A stretch of 64,000 nt of DNA from Scyliorhinus canicula. Taxonomy: Eukaryota. The stretch covers positions 87,933,519-87,997,518 of the forward strand of contig NC_052149.1 of NCBI RefSeq assembly GCF_902713615.1, given 5' to 3'. Within the stretch, counting starts at the first letter, position 1; each line of letters opens with the position of its first letter. Below are positions 1 through 13,390 of this stretch, piece by piece. The notes below the pieces were generated by a model, which saw nothing but the letters and a program-made list of their open reading frames with translations, had not been told where the DNA came from and did no database searches. The position numbers were made by a program, and so were the translations under genes.

Positions 1-2704
1 TTACTTGGCTCCTTGTTTGGGATTCAGAGGTTGAGCTCAGGAAAAGGAAAAAAATGATCTGTTGAATAGTGTGACGATAAGCTATTGTTGTTGGTGGAAT
101 TAGATGATGAAATGAAGGAAAAGAAGTAGAAGAGAAGAAAACTTTGGAGAAAAATGACCAGTATGATCTGCAGAGAAATTCACAAGCATTTATTCGACAC
201 TCATTATTTCAAAACTTTACTTTAAATAGTCTACTTACTCCCAAAACTGTTTGAATGTAGTGCATAGGGCAGTAGACCGCTAAAACATAGAAAAATACCA
301 CCACATTGTGACAAAGGAATGAGCTATGACTGCCTCTATTAACAAGGTTCAAAGCCGCTTTGGAGAGGAAATCAAATTATCACGCTGCCAACTTGAAAAT
401 CAATCAAATTATAACAGCCTGCCCCAGTCCATTACAAAAATAATCCTGTTTCCAGTGGTACGATAAGTCAAAAAATATAGTAGTTTTTACTCTTTCACAT
501 ACAAACTGCTGGCAGTACTCAGCCAGTCTAACAACGTCTTTGGTTAACATTTAGGGTCAATGACCTTTAATCAGAAAAAGTTAACTCTGGCTGGAGTTTT
601 GCCAAATATAGATAGAATGGCGCTGTGGGCGGCAAAAGCGGTGAGGAAGCTGCCATCTCCAAAGGCAGCTTTCTCTGCTGTATCACTCAGTCAAAATAAA
701 TGAAGGGACGTGTCCCATGATGTTACAATGGCAGGGCAGACTCTGATAGAAGCCAGCAACTTTGGTTTTAAAAGATCTTTCAAAGGCCGCCGCGATACAA
801 GAAATTAAAAATATATCGTCTGCACCCCCTGTTCAACTAGGGCTGGCAACTATATGGATGCACTTTTGTTTACAATGGCAAGATAAAGATAATCAGACTT
901 ACGGTGGTGGCGATGAGTGAGTGAGCTGCACATTCGGTGGCTCTCACTCCGGTGGGATTTGAGGACCTGGTTCCCCGGTTTTGCGGGACTGTGGAGCGCT
1001 GAAAGGATGGCCACGGAGGTGCTGAGGAGCGGGCAGAGCTGTTTGGAACTGCGGGAGAGCAGAAAGCAGCAAATACGGGAGAGGAAGGGACAAAGGCAAG
1101 GTGCAGGGGATGCTGACCTGGAAGCAAATATGGCGCACCTCGGACCCGGTGATCTAGCAAGCGCTGGAAAACATGCTGCAGGCGATAAAAAGCAGTTTTG
1201 AGTCGTTGAAGTGGGATAACTTGGACCCACTTCAGAAGGCAGTGGATCAGTTGAACCAGAGACTGGATGCCCAGGACGAAAAAGTTAAGGAGCTGGGGGA
1301 GGCGGTGGAGGAGCAGGCGGACGCGCAGACGATTGCTGCGCTAGAAGCCGATGGGTTGAAGGAGAGACAGCGAAGACTGCTGGACAGAGTAGAGGAGCTG
1401 GAAAATAGAGCCCGCAGACAAGATCTGAGGAGCAGCCTCGCGGTGCTGTTTGATGTTTCCATCTTGTTTGATCTTTCTCACCTTAATGAGACTGCTCCAG
1501 TGGGTCGGAGTGGGGGATGGTGTGCTGAGGAGTGGGGAGATGAGGTCGGGGAAACAATGGGAGTGGGACAAGTAAATGGGCGCCGGAGGGATGAGTCACC
1601 GGGCTAGCAGATTGGCGAGTCGGGGGGGGGGGGGGGGTACAGCTAGTGAATGGCAGGGGGGGGGTTATCAGGGGATGTTGCTGGGGGGGGGGGGGTTATC
1701 AGGGGATGTTGCTGGGGGGGGGGGGGAGGAAGGGGGAGAGTTATCCTGCTGACGTGGGGGGGGGGGGGAATCTGAAGTAGGCAATGGAGAGGAGGTCGGG
1801 GGTGGAGGTGGCCAAGAGGCGAGCCAAGAATGGTGCGGCGCCGGGGGCGGGCTCAAGAAGGTTATGGCTGACCCGGGGGGGGGGGTGATCACCTGGATTG
1901 TCAGGGGGCTAAATGGGACAGTTAAAAGGGCATGTGTGTTCACGCATTTGCCGGCTTTAAAGGCGGATGTAATTATGCTGCAGGAGACACATTTGAAAGT
2001 GTCTGACCAGACTAAGCTAAGGAAGAGCTGGATCAGCCAGGTCTTCCACTCAGGCTTGGATTCTAAGTCCAGGGGGGTAGCAATTATGATCAATAAGCGG
2101 GTTCAATTTGAGGCAGAGGATGTGGTCGCAGCCGGCGGGGGCAGGTTCCTTCTGGTAAGGGGCAAACTGGAGGGGAGAAGAGTGGTGCTGGTGAGTATAT
2201 ATGCTCCGAACTGGGAGGATGTTGACTTTATCAAAAGAGTGCTGGGGAAGATCTCGGACCTAGATTCATGTAAGTTGACAATGGGGGGGGGGGGGGGGGA
2301 CTTTAATATGGTCCTTGACCCGGGGCTAGACCGGTCATGTCCCAAAACGGGTAGACTCCCAGCAATGGCAAGTAAGCTGAAAGGGTTCATGGAGTAAATG
2401 GGGGCAATGGACCCATGGAAAGCCAGACAGACGACGGGAAGGGGCTATTCGTTCTACTCGCATGTTCATAAAATATAATCTAGGATTGATTTTCTTTATC
2501 TTGAGCAGGGGCCGTGTAGGGGAGGTAAAGAATACGGAATACTCGGCAATCACTATCTTGGACCATGCCCCGCATTAAGTGGACCTGCAGGTCGGGGGGG
2601 GGGGCGAATTACCAACGCCCGCGATGGAGGTTAGACGTAGGATTGTTGTCGGAGGTGGGGATATGTGAAAGACTGCGGAAGTGTATGCAAAATTACTTGC
2701 AGGT

Positions 2705-3054
2705 AGCAAGTAGCAAGTGGGCCTCACGGTAGCATGGTGGTTAGCATCAATGCTTCACAGCTCCAGGGTCCCAGGTTCGATTCCCGGCTGGGTCACTGTC
2801 TGTGTGGAGTCTGCACGTCCTCCCCGTGTGCGCGTGGGTTTCCTCCGGGTGCTCCGGTTTCCTCCCACAGTCCAAAGATGTGCGGGTTAGGTGGATTGGA
2901 GATGCTAAATTGCCCGTAGTGTAAGGTTAATGGGGGGATTGTTGGGTCACGGGTATACGGGTTACGTGGGTTTAAGTGGGGTGATCATTGTTCGGCACAA
3001 CATCGAGGGCCGAAGGGCCTGTTCTGTGCTGTACTGTTCTATGTTCTATGTTCT
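2705..3054 (+). mobile_element. HE1-type V-SINE (tRNA head, V domain, CR1-derived tail) inserted in the L1
   Basis: Pol III A/B boxes (tagcatggtgg...ggttcgattccc), V-domain gtggagtctgcacg...cctccgggtgctccggtttcctccca, tail gggcctgttctgtgctgtactg(ttctatg)n; short aggt duplication. Confidence 0.9.
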
Positions 3055-4189
3055 AGGTGAACGATACGGGGGGGGGGGGGGAGGTTTCAGCAGCGATCCA
3101 GTGGGAGGCGCTGAAGGCAGTAGTGAGGGGGGAGCTGATCTCAATTCGGGCAAATCTCACAGGGTCAGGGCGGATAGACCAGAAATGGACAGATTGGTTA
3201 GAGAGATTTACCGGATAGACGAGGAGCATGGGGGTTCCCCGGGGGAAGGACCTACTCAGGGAGACGGAGATTGCAGGCGAAACTGGGGGTGCTATCCACG
3301 AGTAGGGCCATGGAACAACTTAGGAAGGCGAGGGGAGCGGTGTCTAAGCATGGGGAGAAGGCTAGCAGATTGCTGGCGCAGCAACTCAGGAGGAGGGAGG
3401 CGGCCAGGGAAATAAGTAGAGTGGTTGATGGGGAGGGGAGCAGAGTGGAGGACCTGGCAGGACTGAATAAGGTATTTTGGGACTTCTATAGTAAGCTGTA
3501 CACTTCAGAACCCCCGGAGGAGATGGAAAGGTTCCTGGACGGACTAACCTTCCCAAAAGTAGGCGGGGGACTAGTGGACGGGCTGGGGGCCCTGATTATA
3601 GCGGAGGTATTGGGGTGCCTAAAGGCCATGCAGTCGGGGAAAGCACCGGGGCCGGATGGATACCCAGTAGAATTTTACAAGAAGTCCTCGGAGATAGTGG
3701 GACCAGTCCTGACTAGGGTTTTTAATGAGGCGAGGGACAGAGGGACCCTGCCGCCAATGATGTCGCAAGCCACCATCTCGCTGATATTGAAGCGGGACAA
3801 GGACCCGGAATCCTGCGGGTCATACAGGCCAATCTCCCTGATCAATGTGGATGCCAAGGTCCTGGCAATTAGAATTGAGGACGATCAGACAGGGTTTGTG
3901 AAAGGCAGGCAGCTGACAGCTAACTTGAGAAGATTGCTTAATGTGATCATGATGCCCCTGACGGGCAAGGAGGTGGAGGTAGTGATGGCAATGGACGCTG
4001 AGAAGGCCTTTGACTGGGTGGAGTGGAGCTATTTGTGGGAGGTACTCGGACGGTTTGGGTCTGGGGAGGGACTGGTTAATTGGGTCAGACTATTGTACCA
4101 GGCCCCAAAAACTAGCGTTAGGACGAACAGGATAATGTCAGATTATTTCAGACTACTTCAGTTATTTCAGATGTCAGATTATTTCAGTT

Positions 4190-5832
4190 AAGAGGAAGAA
4201 GGAGAGTTATGTACGGCTGAGGAAACAAGGTTCAGACAGGGCGCTGGAGGGATACAAGACAGCCAGGAGGGAACTGAGGAAAGGGAATAGGAGAGCTAAG
4301 AGAGGGCATGAAAAATATTTGGTGGGTAGGATCAAGGAAAACCCCAAGGCCTTTTACACATTTGTGAGAAATATGAGAATGACTAGAGCGAGGGTAGGTC
4401 TGATCAAGGACCGTAGCGGGAGATTGTGTATCGAGTCTGAAGAGATAGGAGAGGTCTTGAATGAGTACTTTTCTTCAGTATTTACAAACAAGAGGGGCCA
4501 TATTGTTGGAGAGGACAATGTGAAACAGACTGGTAAGCTTGAGGAGATACTTGTTAGGAAGGAAGATGTGTTGGGCGTTTTGAAAAACTTGAGGATAGAC
4601 AAGTCACCCGGGCCTGGCGGGATATATCCAAGGATTCTATGGGAAGCAAGAAATGAAATTGCAGAGCCGTTGGCAATGATCTTTTCGTCTTCACTGTCAA
4701 CAGGGGTGGTACCAGGGGATTGGAGAGTGGCGAATGTCGTGCCCCTGTTCAAAAAAGGGAATAGGGATAACCCTGGGAATTACAGGCCAGTTAGTCTTAC
4801 TTCGGTGGTAGGTAAAGTAATGGAAAGGGTACTGAGGGATAGGATTTCTGAGCATCTGGAAAGACACTGCTTGATTAGGGATAGTCAGCATGGATTTGTG
4901 AGGGGTAGGTCTTGCCGTACAAGTCTGACTTCTTTGAGGAGGTGACCAAGCATGTGGATGAAGGTAAAGCAGTGGATGTAGTGTACATGGATTTTAGTAA
5001 GGCATTTGATAAGTTTCCCCATGGTAGGCTTATGCAGAAAGTAAGGAGGCATGGGATAGTGGGAAATTTGGCCAGTTGGATAACGAACTGGCTAACCAAT
5101 AGAAGTCAGAGAGTGGTGGTGGATGGCAAATATTCAGCCTGGAGCCCAGTTACCAGTGGCGTACCGCAGGGATCAGTTCTGGGTCCTCTGCTGTTTGTGA
5201 TTTTAATTAATGACTTGGATGAGGGAGTTGAAGGGTGGGTCAGTAAATTTGCAGATGATACGAAGATTGGTGGAGTTGTGGATAATGAGGAGGGGTGTTG
5301 TCGGCTGCAAAGAGACATAGATAGGATACAGAGCTGGGCTGAGAAGTGGCAGATGGAGTTTAACCCTGACAAGTGTGAGGTTGTCCATTTTGGAAGGACA
5401 AATATGAATGCGGAATACAGGGTTAAAGGTAGGGTTCTTGTCAATGTAGAGGAGCAGAGAGATCTTGGGGTCTATGTTCATAGATCTTTGAAAGTTGCCA
5501 CTCAAGTGGATAGAGCTGTGAAGAAGGCCTATGGTGTGCTAGCGTTCATTAGCAGAGGGATTGAATTTAAGAGCCGTGAGGTGATGATGTAGCTGTACAA
5601 AACCTTGGTAAGGCCACATTTGGAGTACTGTGTGCAGTTCTGGTCACCTCATTTTAGGAAGGATGTGGAAGCTTTGGAAAAGGTGCAAAGGAGATTTACC
5701 AGGATGTTGCCTGGAATGGTGAGTAGGTCTTATGAGGAAAGGTTAAGGGTGCTAGGCCTTTTCTCATTAGAACGGAGAAGGATGAGGGGCGACTGGATAG
5801 AGGTTTATAAGATGATCAGGGGAATAGATAGA
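4190..5832 (+). mobile_element. CR1-clade LINE ORF2 internal fragment (RT) embedded in the L1
   Basis: IKENPKAFY, KSPGPGGIYP, NYRPVSLTS, QHGF, YMDFSKAFD, GVPQGSVLGP, KFADDTK, RPHLEYCVQFWSP motifs; lacks both the 5' end and the 3' tail. Confidence 0.9.
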
Positions 5833-8800
5833 GGTCTAACACAAGGTCTCTCTCTATGCGGACGACCTGCTCCTATATGTGTCGGACCCACTGGCCGGGA
5901 TGGAAAATATATTGGAAACATTGAGGAAGTTCGGCCGGTTTTCAGGGTACAAATAAAAATGGCCAAGAGTGAGATGTTTGTGGTGTAGGCAAGGGGCCAG
6001 GAGAATAGACTGAAGGAGCTGCCATTTAGGCTGGTTTGGGAAAGTTTCCAGTACTTGGGGATACAGGTGACACGAGACTGGGGCAGGTTGCATAAGTTAA
6101 ATTTGACTAGAGTGGTGGAACAAATGAAGCACTCCCGCTGTCACTGGCGGGGAGGGCGCAGACTGTAAAGATGACAATCCTCCCTAGATTCCTGTTCCAG
6201 TGCCTCCCGATCTTTATCCCATGGTCCTTCTTCAAAAGGACTGGCAAAATCATCATGAGCTTTGTCTGGGCAGGAAAACCCTGCGGGTGAAGGCGATGCT
6301 TGAAAGGAGCCGCAGCGAGGGAGGACTCGCATTGCCGAGTCTGATCAACTACTACTGGGTGGCTAACATAGCCATGATAAGGAAGTGGATGGTGGGTACG
6401 GGGTCTATCTGGGAGCGAGTGGAGGCGGCTTCGTGCAGGGGCACCAGTTTGGCAGTCCTGGTCACGGCTCCCCTAACGCGTTCGTCGGCCAGGCACTCCA
6501 CCAGCCCGGTAGTGGGGGTGGCCCTGCGGATATGGGGCCAGTGGAGGAAACATGTAGGGGAGGTGGGTGCGTCTGTCTGGGCTCCAATATGTGATAACCA
6601 TCGATTTGCCCCCGGGAACATGGATGGAGGGTTTCGAACATGGTGGCGGGAGGGGGTGAGGAGGGTGGCCGATATGTTCCTGGAGGGGAGCTTTGTGAGT
6701 CTGAGGGGTTTGGAGGAGAAATTTGGGCTGGTATGGGGAAATTACTTTAGGTACTTACAGATGCGGGACTTTGTACGCAGACAGGTCCCATCCTTCCCAC
6801 GCCTCCCGCCAATAGGGATCCAGGACCGAATAGTCTCTAGAGGAGAAGGAGGAGAGGGTAGAGTCTTGGATATTTACAAGGTGCTCATGAAGGGGGAAGT
6901 GTCCCAAATGGAGGAACTGAAACTCAAATGGGAGGAGGAGCTTGTCGGGGAGATGGAGGACGGGGTGTGGGCGGAAGCCCTGAGTAGGGTAAACTCAACC
7001 GCAACATGTGCCAGGCTCGGCCTGATTCAGTTTAAGGTCGTTCACCAGGCCCACATGATGGTAGCTCGTATGAGCAAATTCTTTGGGGTAGAGGACAAGT
7101 GCGCTAGATGCGTGGGAGGACCAGCGAACCACGTTCACATGTTTTGGGCATGCCCTAAGCTCAGGGGGTACTGGGAGGGATTTGCGGGGGTCATGTCCCG
7201 GGTGCTGAAAACAAGGGTGGTGATGAGTCCAGGGGTGGCAATTTTCGTGGTTTCAGAAGACCCGGGAGTCCAGGGGGAGAAAGAGGCCGATGTTCTGGCC
7301 TTTGCTTCCCCGATACCTCGTTGGTGAATACTGCTGGCATGGAGGGATTCGAAACCCCCGAAGACCGAACTATGGCTTTCAGACATGTCACGTTTTCTGG
7401 GTATGGAAAAAATCAAGTTCGCCTTGAGGGGATCTGTACTGGGGTTCACCCGAAGGTGGCAACCATTCATCGACTTCTTCGCGGGAGAGTGAACGTCAGC
7501 AGGGAGGGGTGGGAAGAGGGGGAGAGATTAGAGTAGAGTAGGAGGGATAAATAGGCGGGTATGTTCGGTAGGTGAGGAGCGGGTATGTGCATTCTGGTCT
7601 GGTTGAAATGTTGGTTTTTAGTTTTTTGGTTGATGTTTGCATATTTCTGTTATCTGTAACTGTTCACAATGCCAAACAATACCTCAATAAAATTGTTTGT
7701 TTAAAAATAAAGATAACCAGGCTTAAAATAGAATTAATTCTTTGAAGTGAGAAATTACACTCTGTAAGACTCAGTAATAGAAAAGTTGATGGTGATTAAG
7801 TGTCTATCCTTTGTTCAATTACCAGGGATCCTATTTCTTGCTGGTAACACTGTGCGTCAGTTTTGGGTGGCTGCCAGGCAGGCAAGCAAATTGTGGTTGA
7901 CATCCTTAGGAATGAGTCCTTCAAATGGCAGTGATAAACCAGATGGTCAAACTTAAGAGTTTTGTGCGTTTAATACACCTATTTATTCTCCCAATTTAAT
8001 AATTAAACTAGTCTGTAATTCTTTCAATTACAAAACAGCTGTATTGCTGTCCAAATGTTGCTCACAATATTTCTGAGTACAATATAATAGTAATTTGCAG
8101 AACAGAAGCAGGCTATTTGGCCAAACAGGTCAATTCTGGTGTTTATACTCCACCCAATCCTCCCACTCATCTTATCCCATTAACAATTCCCTCTATTCCT
8201 TTCTCGCGCTTGTCCTTCTCTAGATTCCCATTAATTGCTTCTACGCTAGATGCCTTAACTATTCCTTGTGATGGCGAATTCCACATTCTAACCACTTGCC
8301 CGATAAAGACATTTTTCCTGAATTCCCTATTGGATCTATATTTTATTCATGTCTCCTGTCCTCCTTTGCAATTGGAAATATCTCCTCCATGTTTTCCCTA
8401 TCAAACCCTTTCACAATCTCAAAGACCATTATCAGATTAGCTCTGTCTTTTTTTTGTTGAAATAAATACTGGGCAAGTTTAATTTCCCTAATAGTTATAA
8501 CCCCTCAGTTCTGATAATGTTTTAGTGGATCTTCCATGCATCTTCTCTGGGGTCTGTATATCTTTTGTACAATAGGGAGAGCAAAACTGTTTGCAGTACT
8601 AAGTGTGGTCTAACCAAGGTTCTATAGACGTTTAACGTATTGTTTTTGCTTTTCAATTTAGAAACGAATATGAATGCTTTGTTTGCTTTATTAACCTTTG
8701 TCAACAGATTCAGTCCCTAATATAAGGATTGGAAACCTCCAACCAGGAGCTTGAATCTCTATTACTTGGTGCATCCTAGTTAACAATAGTATTTATTCAT

Positions 8801-8893
8801 TCAAGGGACGTAGAAGCATAGAAATAGGGGTAGGCGATTCAGCCTTTTGAGCCTGCTCCACCTTTCAATATAATTGTGGCTGATCCTCTATCT

Positions 8894-9275
8894 CAGGGGT
8901 GGGCAAACTTTTCCGTGCAAGGGCCACATTCAGAAATTCACAATTTTAAAGGGCCGCATAGTATATTAAGTAAAATAATTACTTCACCCGGTTATGATTC
9001 TGGGCGCCTCATATAGAACATAGAACAGTACAGCACAGAACAGGCCCTTCGGCCCTCGACATTGTGCCGAGCAATGATCACCCTACTCAAGTCAACGTAT
9101 CCACCCTATACCAGTAAGTAACCCAACAGTCCCCCCATTAACCTTTAAAAAAAATAATTAAAAAAGTTTTTTTTTTTAATTTGTTTTTTAAATTTTTTTT
9201 TAATGACTTGGTGGGCCGCATAAAGACCTTTGGCAGGCCGCATGCGGCCCGCGGGCCGTAGTTTACCCACCCCTG
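8894..9275. mobile_element. hAT (Charlie-like) non-autonomous MITE containing a SINE 3' fragment
   Basis: TIRs caggggtgggcaaact / agtttacccacccctg; perfect 8-bp TSD ctctatct (8886-8893, 9276-9283); internal minus-strand HE1 tail ~9013-9145. Confidence 0.88.
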
Positions 9276-9329
9276 CTCTATCTTAACACCATACTCTTGC
9301 ACGCTCCCCATACCCCTTGACACTTGCAG

Positions 9330-9975
9330 GCTTCACTGCTAGGCCAGTATTTATTGCCTATTCCTAATTGTCTTTGAGAAGATGGTGGTGAGCTACCTTC
9401 TTGAATCACTGCAGTCCATGTAGGTACACCCACGGTGCACATAGGGACAGAGTTCCAGGACTTTGACCCTGCGACGTTGAAGGGATGGTGGTGTAGTTCC
9501 AAGCTCAGATGGTGAGGAAGGGGACATCCATGTGTCTGCTGACCTTGTCCTAGATGGTAGAGGCCGTGGGTTTGGAAGATGCTGCCGACCGAGTCTTGGT
9601 GAGTTCCTGCAGTGCATCCTGTAAATGGTACACGCTGCTGCTACTGTGTGTAAGTGGTAAAGGGAGTGAACATTTGTGAATACTGTGCCAAGCAAATGGA
9701 CTGCTTTGTCCTGATGCTGTCTAGCTTCTTGAATGTTGTTGGAGCTGCACTCACCTGGCAAGTGGGGAGTTTTCCAACACATTCCTCACTGGTGCCTTGT
9801 AGATGGTGGACAGGGTCTGGGGAGTCGCTGTAGGCTTCTTAGCCTTTGACCTGCTCTTGTAGCTACAGCATTTATATGGCTAGTCCAGTTCATTATCTGG
9901 TCAATGGTAAACCCCCCCCCCCAGGATGTTGATAATGGGGGATTCAGTGATGCTAATGCCATTGAATGTCAGAGT
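9330..9975 (-). mobile_element. Decayed LINE 3' fragment sharing its 3' end with Deu-type SINEs
   Basis: Remnant RT C-terminal coding (QDKAVHLLG..SLYHLHTVAAACTIYRMHC); 3' end gggaataggcaataaatactggcc also seen in the Deu-type SINEs at 10.4, 21.6 and 41.3 kb. Confidence 0.6.
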
Positions 9976-10384
9976 TGTTTTCTGGTTAAAGGAAGGGTGA
10001 GGCATTGACCATTTAGTGCCGTTGGGTGTTATGTCTTGTGATTGCCAGAAGTTTGAAATAATCACACTATTAAACAGATGCTGGAGCTGACATCAAATGT
10101 ATTTCTCAGACCTTGGCATGTCCTGTGGATTGCTGCATTTTTACTTTGTCACGCTGACTGTAGAGCTATAGTGACTAATGTGGCATTCTGGACCGACATC
10201 TAGATGTGCACATAACAATACAGTTCCTAACTTTTTGCAAATAATATAACACTTAGGAATTAAGATCTGCGACTGAAGAGTTTGGAGAGAAATTCTGAGC
10301 CCACGCTTTTTGTATCCAGTTCCATTTTGCGGATTGGAATGTAGTTGTGCAAATCTGCCCTGCCGGAGGTTTTTTTAAAATTTG

Positions 10385-10708
10385 TTATTCATTCATGGGA
10401 CATCGCAGGCTAGGCCAGCATTTATTGCCCATCACTAATTGCCCTTGAGGGGGCAGTTAAGAGAGTCCACCATGTTACTGTGGATCTGGAGACACATATA
10501 GGCATACCAGGTACGGATGGCTTCCGAAAGGCCATTAGTGAACCAGATGGGTTTTGTACGACAATGATTTCATTAGATATTTTAATTCCAGATTTTTATT
10601 GAATCCAAATGTCACCATCTGCCATGGCAGGATTTGAACCTGGATCCCCATAGCATTCCTTTGGTTTACCAGTCCAGTGACAATACCACAACGCCACCAC
10701 CTCCCCCA
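10385..10708 (-). mobile_element. Deu-domain tRNA-SINE (SacSINE1-like)
   Basis: Minus strand: tRNA-like head ggcgttgtggtattgtcactggact..ggttcaaatcc, core aaaacccatctggttcactaatg, tail gggcaataaatgctggcc. Related copies at ~21630-21910 (+) and ~41245-41587 (-). Confidence 0.75.
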
Positions 10709-11037
10709 ATCAAAGTGAATCTGAGTCCCTTTGTGGCCCATGTAGTGGATTCCCTGCATTTCCTTAAGCTCTTTCTCAAATGTTTTACAAAAACCTAGCA
10801 TGCTGTGGAGAGACAAATCACGAGTGGGAGGATAGAGAAACTACAGCTGTTCAGTTCTTATCCTCACAGCAGTCGCAAACAGCAGTCTGGGACTCATCTG
10901 GTCACAACTGGCAAACCTTTCACACTTCTGTTATGAGTTAAGCATTGTCAAGACATAATGTTTAATGGTGAAAAGCGGCAAATGGACAAAGAATGTTACT
11001 TGTACCGAATGGAATAAGTCAGTGGTTTAAATGTTAT

Positions 11038-11358
11038 CATAGAATGCCTACAGTGCAGAAAGGGGATTTGGGCCCATCGTGTCTGCACCAACCCTCTGAA
11101 AGAGCACCCTACCTAGGCCCACACACACACACCCTATCCCCGGAACCCCACCTAACTTTTGGACACTAAGGGGCAATTTATCATGGCCAATCTACCTAAC
11201 CTGCACCTACCTATTTGGACCGCGGGAGGAAACCAGAGCTCCTGGAGGAAAACCACAAAGACACGAGGAGAATGTGCAAACTCCACACAGTTACCCAAGG
11301 TCAGAATCAAACCTGGGTCCCTGGCACTGAGGCAGCAGTGCTAACCACTGTGCCGCCC
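11038..11358 (-). mobile_element. HE1-type V-SINE
   Basis: Reverse complement of tRNA head, V domain and CR1-type tail. Confidence 0.8.
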
Positions 11359-12274
11359 ATATTTTGATAATGTTACAGAAAAATCATTATTAAACTTAAT
11401 GATTTTTAATTTTAGTGGGTAGGTGTTATGAACGTTATAAGCTGGTTATATTTAAACTGTCAGTTAAAATTAAGGTAGAATGCCCTGGAATTGGGAATGG
11501 TAATCATGCTGATATCGGCCCAGAGTCAAGCCCATGTGATTTTGCTGCCATGGGGAAGGAGGGCCAGGTTGAAACTCATAGAAATGCAAGTGCAAACAAT
11601 AAGTAAATAATCTTTATTAGTGTCCAATTTGCCTAACAAGCACGTCTTTTGGGACTTGTGGGAGGAAATCAGAGCACCCAGAGGGAAAAGAAGGGCAGCT
11701 GGGCTTGTTGCACCCAAATGCACCGTCTCAGTCCATCAGACACCTGGAGGCAAAGATCGAAAACAGCCACTGCTGTGTCAAGCAGAGGGAGATTGTTTTT
11801 GTGTTAACCACTAAGCAGAATGCTGGTGAGAACAGATTCCAAGCTTAAAGAGATGGAACCTGTGGAAATTAAGGCCCAGGATTTTCCGGAAGGTATGGTG
11901 CTTTCCAAAGTCAGTTTGAGAAGCCAGGATATTGAGTGGACTTTTACAAGGACACTGGAAGACACTTACTGGTGGGACAGGGAGAAGAGAGCCTGTTAAA
12001 TATCAGGGAGGAATTTGGAACTCTCCGAAGGCTAAATATCTGCTGAGAGTATGGCATAAAGATATGTCATATCTTTTTATGGTGGTGAATTATGTTATCC
12101 GTCTCTTTGTGGATCATAACACAGCACATATATAGATCCTTGCCGGGGTGGGTGGGTGGGTGGGGGGGGGGGGGGGGGGCATCACTTTCTGCTTTCTGCC
12201 ACTCCAAGAAACTTCCATCGAGCCCTGGCCCCTGTTTTTCTGTTTTGTAGCTATCTTTCAATTTTGATTTTAGT

Positions 12275-12470
12275 TCTCACGGCGCTGAGGTCCCAGGTTC
12301 GATCCGGGCTCTGGGTCACTGTCCGTGTGGAGTTTGCACGTTCTCCCCGTGTCTGCGTGGGTTTCGCCCCCACAACCCAAAAATGTGCAGAGTAGGTGGA
12401 TTGGCCACGCTAAATTGCCCCTTAATTGGAAAAAATAATTGGCTAATCTAAATTTTAAAAAAAAAAAAAA
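12275..12470 (+). mobile_element. Poly(A)-tailed V-SINE, 5'-truncated
   Basis: V domain, end gctaaattgcccttaattggaaaaaataattgg..(A)n; flanking duplication attttgattttagtt. Confidence 0.8.
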
Positions 12471-13390
12471 TTTTGATTTTAGTTAAGCAGTTAGGAATTT
12501 GCTGCAGCCTCCATTTATAAGATGGATAAAACCCACCTGTTTCTGGTGGAACAGGAGACTTTTAAAAATTCATTTACAGGATGTGGCCGTGGCTGGATAG
12601 GGCAGCATTTATTGCTCATCCCTGGTTGTCCTTCAGAAGGTGGTGGTGAGTTGCCTCCTTGAACTGCTGCAGTCCTTGAGATGTAGGTACACCCATTGTG
12701 CTGTTAGGGAAGGAGTTCCAGGATTTTGCCCCAGCCACAGTGAAGGAGAGGAATATATTTCCAAATCAGGGGGTGATTTGATAAAATGTCTAAGGCGGTA
12801 AGACCTAGCAGGTAAGCAGACTATACTCATTCATTGAGGACACTGAGATAAAATCGAGTTAAAGACGTGTAACCCAACAAAGAGGAGAAACATTCCAGAG
12901 ACTTGAGCACAAAATCTCTCAAAAGTTGCCCCTGCCAACGCAGTACTGAGAGAGATTTGCACGGTCCGAGGCGTCATCTTTCGTCTGTCCTCCATGATGG
13001 ATTGAAAAGACTTCATGGCATTATTGCTAGAGCAAGAAAGTTCTCCCAGTATCCCGCCAATGTTAATCCCACAATCGGCATCACTAAAACAATCGATCAT
13101 TCTGGCGTTGCCGTGTGTGGGGTTGTTCTTTGATTGCGAGTACACCTCAGAAAGTACGAATGAAGCTGCCAAACACGCAGTGGGCTGTGAAAGGCGCTAT
13201 ACAAATGCAAGTTGTTTTCCTTTAAAAAGGATTGATTGCCATTTATTCGCAGTTGACATTGAGTGCCATACTTCAGATACATTGATGACACGAGTTAGTT
13301 TAATAGAAAACGATTTTAATCAGAAAGACAAGTATCTGGTATCCAGGTCCTGTGTCAGTATATCGACACTAACAAGGTGATCCAGGTCCC

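Larger units (their letters stand above)
902..7706 (+). mobile_element. L1-clade LINE, near full length but decayed, with nested SINE and CR1 fragment
   Basis: ORF1-like coiled coil (...LLDRVEELENRARRQDLR, ~1130-1430); APE endonuclease (TWIVRGLN, LQETH, GDFN, 1864-2397); RT (KAPGPDG, YRPISLIN, DAEKAFD, 3271-4150; SLYADDLLLY ~5850); C-terminal Cys-rich region (CARC..HMFWACP). AATAAA plus A-rich tail. 19-bp TSD ataaagataa(t/c)cag(a/g)ctta at 883-901 and 7707-7725. Confidence 0.92.

Noticed and set aside
2719-2790. tRNA genes at SINE heads
   Set aside because: A/B boxes belong to tRNA-derived SINEs and continue into V-domain and LINE-derived tails; no full cloverleaf.
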